Assembly: GCA_949358305.1 (NCBI GenBank)
Contig: OX442314.1
Location: 13,020,001-13,084,000 of the forward strand
Reading direction: 5' to 3'
From: Strigamia acuminata
Lineage: Eukaryota
Length of the DNA stretch: 64,000 nucleotides
Both the position numbers and the translations under genes were made by a program. Each line of letters begins with the position of its first letter. The first letter of the stretch is position 1. Of the stretch, positions 36,968 through 55,842 are shown in pieces. Below the pieces are notes generated by a model. It was not told the DNA's origin and did not search any database. It saw only the letters and a program-made list of their open reading frames with translations.

Positions 36968-37674
36968 TTAGTCACTAGAATTAGCGATACTTCGTGCAGC
37001 CATCATTAAAGCGTCGTGGATTTCTTTCGCGTAACCAACTTGCGTGCGAACGGTATTTAGGTATTGGTTGTACGTAAGATTGTCCGCAATTATTGGAATA
37101 TTTTCTGTTTTGCTCACCAAGAATGGTGAATATCTTTGACTGCAACTTGTGATGTTACAGCATTCTAATGTGGTTTTCTAGAGAAATGAAGGAAAAATTG
37201 ATGTTTTTTGGACAGATTTAGAATTTTTTGCGGATTAATTTACCAAATGCAATTCAATTTGATCGCAAATTGCGTAGAATTCTTCTAGATGTTTGTCAAA
37301 ACGTGGCATAGACGAATCATTTGTTTTCCTGAAATAAATTCACTTGATAAAATAAATATATTTTTTTTAAATAAATTCACGTCTAACGTACAATCCAGCA
37401 TCCACAGTAGCATTTAGATAAATATTCTGGGCGGCAACTTTCATTGTATTCTGTTTAAAAAAAAATTAGTTAATGAAAACTTGACATTTAATTTACTTAT
37501 TTATTTCGAACTTACCGCAACGGATTCCTTTAGCGGCCATAACAATGATTTAACCTTAGCAACATTATCTAATTTTTCTAATCCAATGTTTTGTGATTGT
37601 TGATTAACTCCCTGTTGTTGAGGAAGAACACACGGTTGTGTTTGCATCGACATACCTTGCATGGGTAACGCCAT
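36968..37674 (-). CDS. MED29: Mediator subunit 29 (intersex)
   Basis: Four exons; EKLDNVAKVKSLLWPLKESV, RFDKHLEEFYAICDQIELHL, LTYNQYLNTVRTQVGYAKEIHDAL. Confidence 0.9.
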
Positions 37675-37946
37675 TTTGGATAATTAATAATTGGTTTCTT
37701 GCCTATATACAGAACAATCCTCGTATTAAAAATGCGTCATCCTGTCACTAGACGGTGTAAATAAACATGGCCGCGATCCAATCAGCAAAGAGAGGTTACC
37801 GTTTACATTATGGCACTTGATTAGCAACTGTTTATTACATTGTGAACGTTAATACGAACGTTATACGTGTTCAAGTTACATTGTGACCATCTACGCAAAT
37901 TCTGCTGAATTTTTTTTGTAAAATTGTTTGTTTGGATTCGGCTACG

Positions 37947-40223
37947 ATGGCTCCAACAATTCAATCGGGACATATGTCACAAAGAGAAAACCGGCAGCGG
38001 GCGATCGACAGAAAGTGAGAAAACTTGGACTTTTTTTGATGCATTTGAACTTACTGGGATTGTTTTTTGTTTGTTTGCAGGTCGGAATTAGTTTGCAGAA
38101 TCAAATATTGTAACACATTACCGGATATACCGTTTGATCCGAAATTCATCACATACCCATTTGAATCTAACAGGTAAACTAGTAATAGAAAATTGAAAAA
38201 TAAGTTTGGGTGTAATAATATTTGTTTTTTAGATTTGTTCAATATAATCCTACGTCGTTAGAAAGAAATTATAAACACGAACTGTTAACCGAGCACGATT
38301 TAGGGGTGACAATCGATCTAATTAATCCGGAAACTTATGCTGTGGATCCAAATGGTATGAAAATTGTACCAGGGGCAGATCCAGAAAACGTTCAAGGAGT
38401 GGACATTTTGGTTCAATTTTGCTCACACAAAAATTGGATGTTTTTGGTCAAAAAATTATGATTTTGGCCTAAAAATGATTTTTTTTTGGTCTTGGAATGA
38501 ATTTTTCTGGCCAAAATACGAATTTTTTGGCTTAATAATGAAGTCTGTCTCTGAATTGCTCACAGTTGTCGTAATTACCGACTAAAATATTCGTTTGTTT
38601 TTCAGTTCCATTGGATTTAGCTGATGAAAGGTTACTTGAGGAAGATGTCGTCGCGCCACAAGACTCAAAGCGGTCTCAGCATCACGCTAAAAGAGTGTCG
38701 TGGTTACGAAGAACCGAATATATATCCACAGAATTCACACGGTTTCAACCGTCATCTGACAAAACTGAAACAAAGTATATTTTATACAATATTTTTTTTA
38801 TATTTAATTTAATTTAATTTTTGTAATAATGCAGAGTTGGCTACAATGTCAAGAAATTCTTTAAAGAACAGGATTTGTACATGGACAGAGACAGCCAGAT
38901 TAAGGCCATTGACAAAACGTTTGAAGATGCTAAGCAAACGGTAATTATTTTTAGAAAAAAAATGTTTTTGGTCAGTTTTGTTCGATGGTAAATAATCCGG
39001 TTTTTATAGGTGGAGAAACATTACAGCAAACCTGGTGTTACACCTGCGGAAGTTTTATCGATATATCCAGATTTTGATGTAACTTATTCGACTTATTTTA
39101 TTGGAAATTGTTTTCATTGTATTTTATTTGCATTTTGTCAATAGTTGTGGCGATATCCTTGCGCCCAAGTCATTTTTGACAGCGATCCAGCACCCGCAAA
39201 CAGAGCAGTAAATGTTCAAATTGAAGAAATGTCTCAGGCTATGATTCGGGGTGTGATGGATGAAAGCGGAGAACAATTCGTTGCGTACTTTTTACCAACC
39301 GAAGAAACTACATCGAAAAGAAAACGTGATATTGATGACTCGGTCGAATATCGGGACGAGGAAGAGTAAATAGCATTTAATTGAAATAGTTTTTCATTGT
39401 TTGTTTATTTATTTATATTTTTTTCTAGATATGATTACAAAATGGCTCGAGAATATAACTGGAATGTAAAGAATAAGGCTTCAAAGGGTTACGAAGAGAA
39501 TTATTTCTTTGTTTTTCGGGAGACTGGCGTTTATTATAACGAACTCGAAACCAAGTAAATTTCAGAGCGTGAAATTTTAATTTTGATTTTATTTAATATT
39601 TATTATTTTTATTAATAGAGTACGATTGAGTAAGCGAAGGGTTAAAGCTGGCGTGCAGCCAAACAATTCACGTTTAGTTGTCCAACATCGGCCATTGAAC
39701 GCGCAAGAATTCAAGTTGCAAGAAGTGCGACTGATGCAACTGGAGCCGCCTCAAGAAGAGGAGGAGGAAATGGAAGTTGACGATAAAAATGCTGCGAAAG
39801 GTATTGAATTTATTGATATATTGTGGTTTGGGAATTATTTAATAATGTTCTATTCTTCTTTTAGCGCCAAAAGAGAAAGTTGAAAGTAATAGTGAGGCAG
39901 AAGATAACGATAAAGCTGAGAGTGGTAGTGAAGCTGTTGAAGAAAGTGACAATGATCAGGAAATGGCTACTGAAGAACCCGAAAAGGAAAAAGAAGTCGA
40001 ACCCCAAGAGAATAATGACGAAGAAGAGGACGAGAAAGAGAAAGACAAAGAGAAAGAAAAGACTGCTAGTAATAGTGGAAGTGGGGGTAGCAGCAGCAGC
40101 AGTAGTAGCAGTAGCGCCAGTGAGAGCGAGGAATCCGCGAGTGGCAGCGACAGTGAAAGCGAAGAAGACGAGGTTAAAAAGAAAAGGGACGAAGAAGAAA
40201 TTTTTGGAAGTGATAGTGATTAA
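37947..40223 (+). CDS. PAF1: RNA polymerase II-associated factor 1
   Basis: [76 protein letters not shown]; acidic/Ser-rich tail ending IFGSDSD. Confidence 0.96.
38370..38553. mobile_element. Degenerate hAT-like MITE in a PAF1 intron
   Basis: CAGGGGCAGAT ... GTCTGTCTCTG imperfect TIRs; flanks AATTGTAC / AATTGCTC resemble a decayed 8-bp TSD. Confidence 0.45.
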
Positions 40224-40553
40224 ATTCTATTGAAATTAGAATTTGTTTATGTATTTTTGCCATTAAAACTCATCTTATTCATTACAACTCATTGAATTAT
40301 TTATTAAACTGCAAATAAATAAATACCTATAAAATCAGCGGCCATTTTCCTAACGATTTCTTTGCCACTAGAGGCCGCCGCTGTTTCAACCGTATCAATA
40401 TCGACATTTTAAATTAAATAAAGAAGCTAAAGCTATCGCATGACCCACGCACGATTGTGAGTACCAAACTGAAATTTAACGCTTGGTAAGTTCCGTTTTC
40501 GTTATTTTTGATACGTGGAATTAATTCTGTTGCGTATATAGTTGTGCGGCATC

Positions 40554-42356
40554 ATGGAGTTGAATTTCACACGCCTTTCGGAAACATTCGAAAAGGCACG
40601 GTACCTATTGGAAGAGGAGAGCAAAAAGGACCCGGAAACCGAACCCTACAAGTCGAAATACGCAGCTAAAGAGTTATTCGTGTCTTTAAAGTCTACGCTG
40701 AAAAAACATCAAGACCAACAATCAAACGACGATGAAACACCGAACAAATACCGATTCATGATGGCTGCGCTGGAGTATTACATCGGGGTGATTTGTTTGG
40801 ACACTTTGGAGACGGCAACGGGCGAAGAACATCTTGGAAAATGCCTGGAAATTTTAAAAGGATCAGAGCTGAATCCTGAATGCGTAATCCCCGTTTTAAA
40901 TACCTTGAATCAGCTGGGATTGATGTGGTGTCGAAGAGGCGATCCGATTAAATCGAAAGAATATTTACTTCAAGCCGAGAACTTGTACACGAAATACACG
41001 ACGAACGGCGGCAAGAACCCATTTTCACCCGCCGATTTATTCTCGGACAAAATCAGCGACGAAAAACTCGAAAACAACTTGCAAGTCCTCGAAAGCGTGA
41101 TGACGCACACACACTACTACTTGGCGCAAGTGTACAGCGCGTTGGAAGAGACGGGAAAAGCGGCCGCTTACTGTCACTCCACTTTGAAGCGTGAATTGGA
41201 AAGCAAGGAGTTCGACCCGTTGGATTGGTCCATCAATGCCGCAACTTTATCGCAGTATTTTCTCTCCAACAACAAATTCGACTACGCGCGTCATCATTTG
41301 GCTTGCGCCGTTTTCGTTCTGGAGCAATTCGAGTCCGGGTTTTTGTCGACCGAGAACACCGGGGCAGATTTCGAGTCGAGACACGAAATGTTGAAGCAGA
41401 AAAAAGCGGACATCGCGCGCTGCTGGATCAAGTACGCGCACGCGTTGCTTTTAAGTTCGAAAGAAAAAGTGATGCTTTTAGCTAACGAAGACGAAGAAAA
41501 CGATGCGAATGCGCCTTCGAAGAGCGAAATCGAAGAAGCGGAGATTGGGAAAACGCAGCAGGGTGAAAATTGCGACGAAGAAATGGAATTAGACATGTTA
41601 TTTAAGTCTCTGGAAGTGACGGCGCTCGAAGACCAGGTGTCCGCGGAAGCGGTGATGATTTTCTCCGAGGCGCGCAAAGTGTTCCTCAATGCGCAGAACT
41701 GGGTGAGCGTGGCGAAAGAATATTACACTTTAGACGACCACGCTTCGGATTACATTCAATTGATGCAAGATTACAGCACTTTGTATAAATTGTTGGCGTT
41801 TTTCGAGCCCAATTCGGACCGGCAGTGTAAGATGCACAAACGACGCATCGATTTGTTGGAAGGGGTCTTGAAGGAACTGAATCCGCAGTATTATTTGGAT
41901 AAATGTCGCCAGCTGAAGTTCGAATTGGGCGAAATTTATTGTCATTTGTTGGACACGAAAACGAGCATGTTGCGGGATAGTGAGCTAGATATGTCGTCGC
42001 ACGCTGTGCAGAAGATTAATCATTTGGCCAAGCAAAGCATACATCAGTTTTCTACGTTTTTGGAAACGTTTTTGGATTCCAGCGGTGAGACGCCGTCGAA
42101 ACATGCGGAGGAAAACGAACGACCGATTTTATTGGCGCATTTCTTTATGGGTCGGTTGTACTCGAAGATCAAGGTGCGCGATCCGAAAAAGGAATTGGAT
42201 TATTTGAAGCAATCGCAGCATCATTTTCAACGAATTGTTCGATATTGCGAGGAGAACAGCAGTGCTGAGAGTGTCATGAAAGAGGAATTGGACGTTTGTA
42301 AGGAAATGGTTAAGTTATTGCCTGTGAAAATGGAAAAAGTGTTAAGTACGATTTAG
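40554..42356 (+). CDS. KIFBP: KIF-binding protein (KBP); coding sequence is a single exon
   Basis: DPETEPYKSKYAAKEL, TGEEHL, THTHYYLAQVY, YCHSTLKR, DWSINAATLSQY, RQCKMHKRRIDLL..LNPQYY, EMVKLLP; 5'UTR intron at ~40486-40541. Confidence 0.93.
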   Translation: MELNFTRLSETFEKARYLLEEESKKDPETEPYKSKYAAKELFVSLKSTLKKHQDQQSNDDETPNKYRFMMAALEYYIGVICLDTLETATGEEHLGKCLEILKGSELNPECVIPVLNTLNQLGLMWCRRGDPIKSKEYLLQAENLYTKYTTNGGKNPFSPADLFSDKISDEKLENNLQVLESVMTHTHYYLAQVYSALEETGKAAAYCHSTLKRELESKEFDPLDWSINAATLSQYFLSNNKFDYARHHLACAVFVLEQFESGFLSTENTGADFESRHEMLKQKKADIARCWIKYAHALLLSSKEKVMLLANEDEENDANAPSKSEIEEAEIGKTQQGENCDEEMELDMLFKSLEVTALEDQVSAEAVMIFSEARKVFLNAQNWVSVAKEYYTLDDHASDYIQLMQDYSTLYKLLAFFEPNSDRQCKMHKRRIDLLEGVLKELNPQYYLDKCRQLKFELGEIYCHLLDTKTSMLRDSELDMSSHAVQKINHLAKQSIHQFSTFLETFLDSSGETPSKHAEENERPILLAHFFMGRLYSKIKVRDPKKELDYLKQSQHHFQRIVRYCEENSSAESVMKEELDVCKEMVKLLPVKMEKVLSTI

Positions 42357-42579
42357 AGCAATTTTTTTTTTGTTTGTTGTTGTAATTTTTTTTTATTTTG
42401 TTATTTTGTTGTTTTTTTTGTATGGAGAAAAATAATAATTTCTATTCTATATATTTTTTTTAAAAAATATTTTTGTTTATTTTTTGCTGAAAATTAATTT
42501 TGCATTTGCTTGGTTTTTGAAGAATAAAAACAGTTGATGCTTTGACGTTAATTTAGGATTATTCAGAATTTTAGAAAAG

Positions 42580-48878
<6,299 letters not shown>

Positions 48879-49418
48879 TTTATTCATTCAATTGAAGGGA
48901 AAAAAAGAAAAATGAGAAAATAATTCAAATAGTGATAATACTGTTGTCATTCAACCATATTCGTCTGCTAACATTATGTATCTACATTCCATCTGGTGGT
49001 GAACATAACAAGCTTATAATTTCCACGTTACAGCGCTGCGAGTAACGCACTTCAACTCCAGGTCCTTGGGATTGATTGGGAGCGGTCGTCCTTGTTGTAC
49101 AAGTACAAATATAATACAAACGGAAGGCATCGATAAAATTATTAATCTCAATTGTCCTCCACGAAACGGACGAGTTTTGCATTCTTTTTTCCACAACTGA
49201 CCATTATGCGCGTGTCTTGGCAAATGCGTTTTTATTTCATCTGCGATTGACGACATTTTAATCTTTTTTTTTTCTACCATTCACGATGCAAGCAAAAACG
49301 GCTAATAAGGCGCACAATTTCTGACTAATACCACGTATTTAAGTATGTGTTCCAAGGACATTGCAGCTGAGCGTTAAAAAAATCCTTTCTTCTTATTTTT
49401 CCGTCAGATTGGAGCAAA

Positions 49419-51033
49419 ATGCGGTGGATAATACGACTCGAAGGCGGTCCGCGACGAGTGAATCATGCTGCGGTTGCCATTGGGGACAGAATTTATTCGT
49501 TTGGCGGCTACTGCACTGGCGAAAGCTATAGAGAATCGATACCCATGGATGTACATGTGCTTAACACTAGTAGGAAAATTGAAAATACTTTTTATAAAAA
49601 AAAAAATTAATTAAAAAATAATTATTTTTAGTATCGCTCAGATGGACTGCTTTATCAATCCCTGATATTTCGGATCCTCAATACAAACACATTCCTTTCC
49701 ATCGATATGGTCACACGGCTGTAATTTATCTTGAGAAGGCTTTGATTTGGGGCGGACGAAATGACGCACGTGCTTGTAATAAATTGTACAGTTTCGACGT
49801 TTGTATGTTTTTGTTTTTATTATTATCGTTAAAATAATTTTTTTTTTAAATCTTTAAATTAATTTTTTTTTTTTTATAAATTAGCCATACATAAATGGAC
49901 CGCTCATCAGGTGAGCGGGCAAATACCAGCTGCCAGGGACGGCCATTCTGCTTGCATAATAAATGGCAACATGTATATATTTGGCGGGTACGAAGAAGAA
50001 GATGATCGTTTTTCTCAAGATGTTCACATGTTGAATTGTGAAACACTTTCTTGGTCGTTTATACTGACAAAAGTAATTAATTTGTGTTAAATTATTATTT
50101 ATTTATTTATTTATTTTGATTTGTTGTTTAGGGTACACCACCTCGGTGGAGGGATTTTCATTCTGCAACAGCTTTGGGTCACTACATGTACATATTCGGG
50201 GGACGGGGCGATAGATTAGGCCCGTATCACTCGCCAGATGAAATATATTGCAACCAAATTACGTTTCTGGACACAGTTACGCGAACATGGAGCCAGCCAA
50301 GCACGTCTGGACTCGCACCAGTAGGCAGAAGAAGCCATTCTGCGTGTAATTTTTACACTTTTAATTGTGTTTAATGCGTGTTTCTAATGTTAACCTTCGT
50401 TTTTAGTTGTTTACAGAGGTCATTTATATATTTTTGGAGGATATAATAGTTTACAGAATAAGCATTTTGGTGATTTGTTTCGATACGATCCAGGTAAATT
50501 AATTACACGACAAAATAAAAATAAAATTATTTTATTTTATTTTATTTTTTTTATTTTTTTTAAAGCGTCGTGCGTTTGGTCAAGTGTGAAAGTGGAAAAT
50601 CCTGGTCCTTGTCCACGAAGAAGGCAGTGTTGCTGCGTGATAAAAGATAGGGTATTTTTATTCGGCGGTACTAGGTAAACGCAGGAAATAATTTGAAAAG
50701 AAAAATAGCTGACAAATTTAATTTATTTCAGTCCCTATCCAAGTGGACAAGTTCCACCCCCAACTCATGCATTACATGATCCGACTGACCCATCATCGTT
50801 GATGGACCATAATGATCTCTATTTACTAGATTTTGGTAATTAAATTTAAAAAAAAAAAAATATATATTTTTTTAATTTATTGTTTTACAGCTCCGTCGTT
50901 AAAGACTCTTTGTGCAATGGTTGTGATCGAGCATGGTTTAGATCAAACGAATCTCCCCGCCATTATTAGGTGGGAAATCGCATCAATGACTACAAATAAT
51001 AATATTAGTCGACCTCTTAATAATGCTGGATGA
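49419..51033 (+). CDS. KLHDC3: Kelch domain-containing protein 3
   Basis: MRW..LEGGPRRVNHAAVA..YSFGGYC, PFHRYGHT, PAARDGHSAC, PRWRDFHSA, PCPRRRQCC, BC-box PSLKTLC, C-terminus TNNNISRPL. Confidence 0.95.
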
Positions 51034-51399
51034 ATATTTTTGATGAGCAGAAAGATACTTTACTCAATAATTCGGCACAAAAAAGTTACATTATCATTTA
51101 CTTTGCTTGTTTTTGTGTTTCAGTAATATACATCTTTTAACAATCGATTGATATTGTTGTTTTTTCTTTTTTTGCTTTTTTTTTTATCAATTAAATAACG
51201 ATTTGTATTTCCATTTACCGTATAAAGAATCTTGATTTTATTAAATTCAAATTCCAGTTTGTTTAGCATTTAATCCTCGATTATTACAAGTAACTTTTAA
51301 TTCTGTTGCCACATTTGTTTGTTTTTCTTTCTTTCTTTTGATGAGTAATAATTAATAACAATTGTGTAATCTGGATTGTTTACTGGCTGATGCAGTAAC

Positions 51400-51549
51400 T
51401 TAGAAAATGGTTTTAAGCAGACGACTAAACAGCATCAGACCAACGCTTAAAAGTACCAATAAAACTATGAGCAAACTCGTAATGGTATCAAAATCGTCGG
51501 ATTTGATTGACTTTTCTTCTTTTTTCTTCATTTTATCCGCAACATTCAT
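51400..51549 (-). CDS. Candidate 49-aa single-pass transmembrane micropeptide
   Basis: MNVADKMKKKEEKSIKSDDFDTITSLLIVLLVLLSVGLMLFSRLLKTIF*; splice acceptor at ~51651 upstream. Confidence 0.4.
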   Translation of the reverse strand: MNVADKMKKKEEKSIKSDDFDTITSLLIVLLVLLSVGLMLFSRLLKTIF

Positions 51550-52000
51550 GTACTTCTCCACATAATCACTCAAGCTATTGCAAATACCGCATCCATTTTC
51601 ACGTGATTTTCCTTTGGGGTTAAGCAAAGGTGGTAGCAATACCACCAAACCTAGAAATGAAATGTTAAACGAATGCAAAACTGGAGAAAAGAAAATATTT
51701 TTTATCAATAATTGCAGGGAAACATTGAGATGAATTGCTGTGCCAAGGCTAAATAATTTCTTTTGCATTCGTTATAGTGACCCACAATGCAATGCAGGGT
51801 CACGTGCGACTGTACACCAACAGTCGGCGTCACATGACGCTTGGTGAACAGGAACTCCAGACGTATTAAATTATTAGTATCTGTTTTACGTAATTTAACG
51901 TAGACAGAATGATTTTTGTGAAATCCGTTCCGCTCTCTTTCTCCCGCAAATCCGAAGTTTACATTGCTCACGACAACTGCACGACCGCAGAATTATTAAA

Positions 52001-53345
52001 ATGGAAATTGAAGTTCAAGTTGGTAAGAATCGAACAATTCGAAGAAAAACCGGAAGTTTAAATTGATACAAATGTCAAAACTGTCTCGTTAAATTTCAGA
52101 AAATAAATCCCGAACATTTCACACTTTATCGTGGTAAAAGACAACTAAAAAACGACGATTTGATTGAAGATAATGACGTCGTCCACATGCATTTTAGGAC
52201 AGAGGGAGGCAAAGGAGGTATTTGTTTATTAAAACATGTTGACGTAACGTTGTCTTAACTTTGCCTGATTTATATTTCAAGGTTTTGGATCAATGTTACG
52301 AGCCATCGGCGCTCAGATCGAGAAAACAACGAACAAAGAAGCTTGTCGAGATCTGAGTGGACGAAGACTTCGCGATATAAACGAAGAACGACGGTAATTT
52401 ATTCATAAAATAAATATTACCATTTATTTTTATTGATGTAATTTGTTTTTAGATTGAAAAAATGGATTGCCAAGCAAACTGAGAGAGAAAGGGAGCGAGA
52501 TGAACGACGGAAACAAAGGTTACAACGGTTGCTTGAAAAACCGAAACACCAGTTTAACGATCCTGAGTATGATAAAGTTTTGTCCAATTTAGCTGGCAAT
52601 ATTAATGATGCCTTGACTGAAGGTGTGTATTTAATATTTTAATCATTTGTTAGCATAATTTGCTTCGCGGTATCGGTTATTTAATCGTGGCATTTTGTTT
52701 AGGATTGAAAAAAAGCGAAAAAATGGAAAATGAACCGACAACATCGAAGCGAAAAGCTCTCGATGCGCCGTCGACGTCTGTTAAAAAAGTAAAAGGATGG
52801 CAGCTGGATGAGGATTTCGACAATTTGAGCTCCGATACCGATTCGAGTCCATCGGAAGATGACTCGTCGCCCAATCAAGTTGTGTAAGTTGCAAGATGTC
52901 GATTTGTATCGAATCACTGAAATGTTTTTACCGTGTGGGTTATTGCAGTAGCGAAAACTCAGATGATACTCAAGAAGAAAGACAAAAAAGCACACCAAGT
53001 GATGCCTCAACAAGTAACGAGAACCAGCAAATGCCGTCCGATGTCGTCACGAGTACAGATTCGGACTCGTGCAGCAAAACCAACATGGACGAAATTAAAT
53101 CGCAGCCTGAACTGGTAAATAATAATTTTTAAATTTTTTTAAATTATTGATTAATTCGATGGAAATGTTATTAGATTACAGATTTAGATTTGAACGATTA
53201 CAACAGTGTTGAACAGCTTGAACGTTTGGGTTTAGAGACGTTGAAATTGGCGTTAAAGAAGCGAGAGATGAAAATCGGAGGCACTTTGCGTCAGAGAGCA
53301 GAACGACTCTTTAATTGTAAAGAAAATAAGGAACAGATGGATTAA
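52001..53345 (+). CDS. SDE2: Replication stress response regulator / splicing factor SDE2
   Basis: UBL ending [41 protein letters not shown]-terminal SAP-like [25 protein letters not shown]. Confidence 0.95.
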
Positions 53346-53420
53346 CTTATAAACATCACTCGGATATTGTAAAAAAATAAATACTTTTTTTTGTTTTATA
53401 GAAAATTAATAATAATATGC

Positions 53421-54925
53421 TTAATCGTTATTACTACTTTGTAGAAATTGAACTTGGCTTTTTAATATCGTCATTTTCCCTAGGAGGGGTTTGCGATATT
53501 CAAGTTTCTCTAATTTGCAAAGTGGGTATTTATCGGGCAGTTCTTGTAAAATACGTCGGCGAGTACGCGGCGTGTATGGTTTGTCGCCGATTGGTTCGTT
53601 AACGTTTGCAGCACTGCGTTCAGTTGTAGGGACTGCGGACAAATCGGCAGCAAACTTCGGGAATCCATCCTCCAAAATTGGCGTACTTGTTTGTGGTCTC
53701 CCGTTCGGAGAGACTGGGAAATACAACGAATGTGAGAATTTTTGCTCGGTGAACAACAAATTTGTGATAAATTTGTAAAATTTTGGACAAAATTTGGCAA
53801 ATTTTCTGAAATTTGGACAATTTTTGGAAAATTTTCTGAAATTTGATCAATATTTGGCAAATTTTGGCAAATTTTCTGAAATTTTGGACAAAACTGTGAC
53901 TAATAATTTGGACAAATTGTAATATTTTAATTTTTAAAAACTTTAAAAGAAATACCGGTAACATAGATACCTGATAGAAAGTCGCTGTAAGAGGCAGCCA
54001 TCAACGACGATGGTTTCAACTTACGTTTATCCCCAGAAGACGACACTCTTTTGGGCTTGACCGGTCGTCTACAAAGCAACAACACTTAATAAATTGGTAT
54101 TTATTGCTTTAATCAATAAAATCTTACTTAAGACAATCATTTGCAACCTCTGCATCCCTTATTAGACTTTTTTCCGGAGTGTTAAAACAAAAAGGTGACC
54201 CAGCTAAAAAAAAAAAAAAATACAAATATAATGTCTGCTGCATACCGTTAACTGCAGATAAAAAAAATTAATTAATTTCATGCTAATTACCCATGAAAAC
54301 AGTATCATCTGGACTCTCAGCTGAAAATAATTTTTTTTTAAATTAAAATTCTATTGAATTCCATTTCTATTATGAATTTTACAATCGCCGTGACGAAGAG
54401 TTTCAATTTCCGTTTCGTAGTCGTAACTTTCTGAAGTGCTTGATTCGGACGTGAACACAGCGGTATCATCACTACTATGCTCACTGTTTCTGCTATTACT
54501 TTCATGGTCACTGTTTCTGCTATTACTATCATGCTCACTGCTTCTGCTATGACTACCATCTCCTTCCATAACGTCAGTTTTCGCTCGTTTGGAGCATTTC
54601 CCAATAATGGGCGATTTCTAAAACAACAACAAAGGACGCCATTACTGCAATAATTACTTTTCTCAACATACCAACCTTTCTTTTCACATTAGCTAGGCTT
54701 TTAGTATCGCTATAAGAAAAATTCAAGAGGTGAAATAATTTTTGTAACATAACTGCAACAACACCATGAACTTGCGTGTTTCGCCAATACAAAATGTTTT
54801 TTGCTTTAACAATGGGCGAATGGCCTTCGTCTTGAAATAAAAAGAAAATAAACAATTGAAAGTGACAATAATTGAATTAAACCTGAATAAAACGTACTTT
54901 TCTTCTTTGAAAAAGTAGAAGACAT
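53421..54925 (-). CDS. Uncharacterised Ser-rich, probably disordered protein (multi-exon)
   Basis: ATG at 54925 with a GT donor; several small exons with GT-AG borders; last exon 53713-53421 VSPNGRPQTSTP..YTPRTRRRILQELP. Internal splicing is not fully resolved. Confidence 0.5.
53760..53915. repeat. Intronic degenerate tandem repeat (AAATTTTCTGAAATTTGGAC-like)
   Basis: Repeated AATTTTCTGAAATTTG / TTGGACAA / TTGGCAAA units within intron 53714-53970. Confidence 0.7.
54477..54557 (-). repeat. Three 27-bp coding repeats (SNSRNSEHD-like)
   Basis: ATGCTCACTGTTTCTGCTATTACTTTC and two variants in tandem. Confidence 0.85.
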
Positions 54926-55072
54926 CGTAGAATCCTAGCTGAAGAAGAATATTTTCTAAAATTTGTCTTCGGCGCTTTGCATCGATTTATTATAACCAGA
55001 TGTCGTTACCTATCCACTACTTTTCTTGGCATGACATCATCGAAAAAGGCATCAATGGCTGTCTATGCCGAA

Positions 55073-55842
55073 ATGTCTTTACAATGGTCCCAGGAATCTC
55101 CGCCGCAACGAGTACCAGCGACACCCGAATTAAAACAGTTTCAAAATGTTTTTGCACCAGTTGTACCCGAAGCATCCGTTGGATTTGATAGCAATGAGCA
55201 TGGGCGCGTAAATGGTAAAAATTGTTTGCTGGGAAAGAAATGACATTTTGTTTTATAATTTATTCACGTTGTAATTTCAGAGCGCAGCAGCAATGGAGTA
55301 GAAGAACAAATCAATCGTTTTAACCATATTGTTTATCAACATTCGCCATCAGGTGAATTACGGTGAAATTTACCTAGTGTTGTAATTTATACTTATTCTC
55401 CACTAATTGAAGTTTCAGGAGAGATAATTTCTTCACTTTCTACTCACCAATCGCCCATTTCTCGTAATTCTGAAGATGCAACCGATTCACAATCACAAAT
55501 AAATCAATCGCCAATTATAACGTCATGTTGTTCAATTGGTAATTACTTTGATAAATTTTTATTTCATTTTTTTTAAAAAATTTTATGTTTTATTTTATAG
55601 GGTCGGAGAAAAATTCAGTAATGGAAAATGAATTGCAAATCTTGGAAAATCGTGAAAGGGAATTGCGCCCAGATAAACCTAAATTTTCTGCTGCCACTTT
55701 ATTGTCTGGTAACTCCGTACAAAAAAGACAGATCACTCAAAGTGAATTTGAAAAATGTTCTAATTATTTATGGGATGATAACGAGCCGATATTTAGTGAC
55801 ACTGGACCAATATTCCTTGACAGTGACTCAATATTTGCATAA
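55073..55842 (+). CDS. Uncharacterised ~190-aa disordered protein
   Basis: Four exons with phase-1 GT-AG introns joining in frame (MSLQWSQESPP.. / ERSSNG.. / GEIISS.. / GSEKNSV..LWDDNEPIF..DSIFA*); further in-frame ATGs at 55031 and 55055. Confidence 0.55.

Noticed and set aside
48943..48955. Possible X-box GTTGTCATTCAAC upstream of LRRC9
   Set aside because: The second half-site deviates from RGYAAC, so it is too weak to call.
48982..49280. Overlapping 70-88 aa ORFs between LRRC9 and KLHDC3
   Set aside because: No recognisable motif, splice structure or targeting signal; more likely promoter or UTR sequence, though a transcript cannot be excluded.
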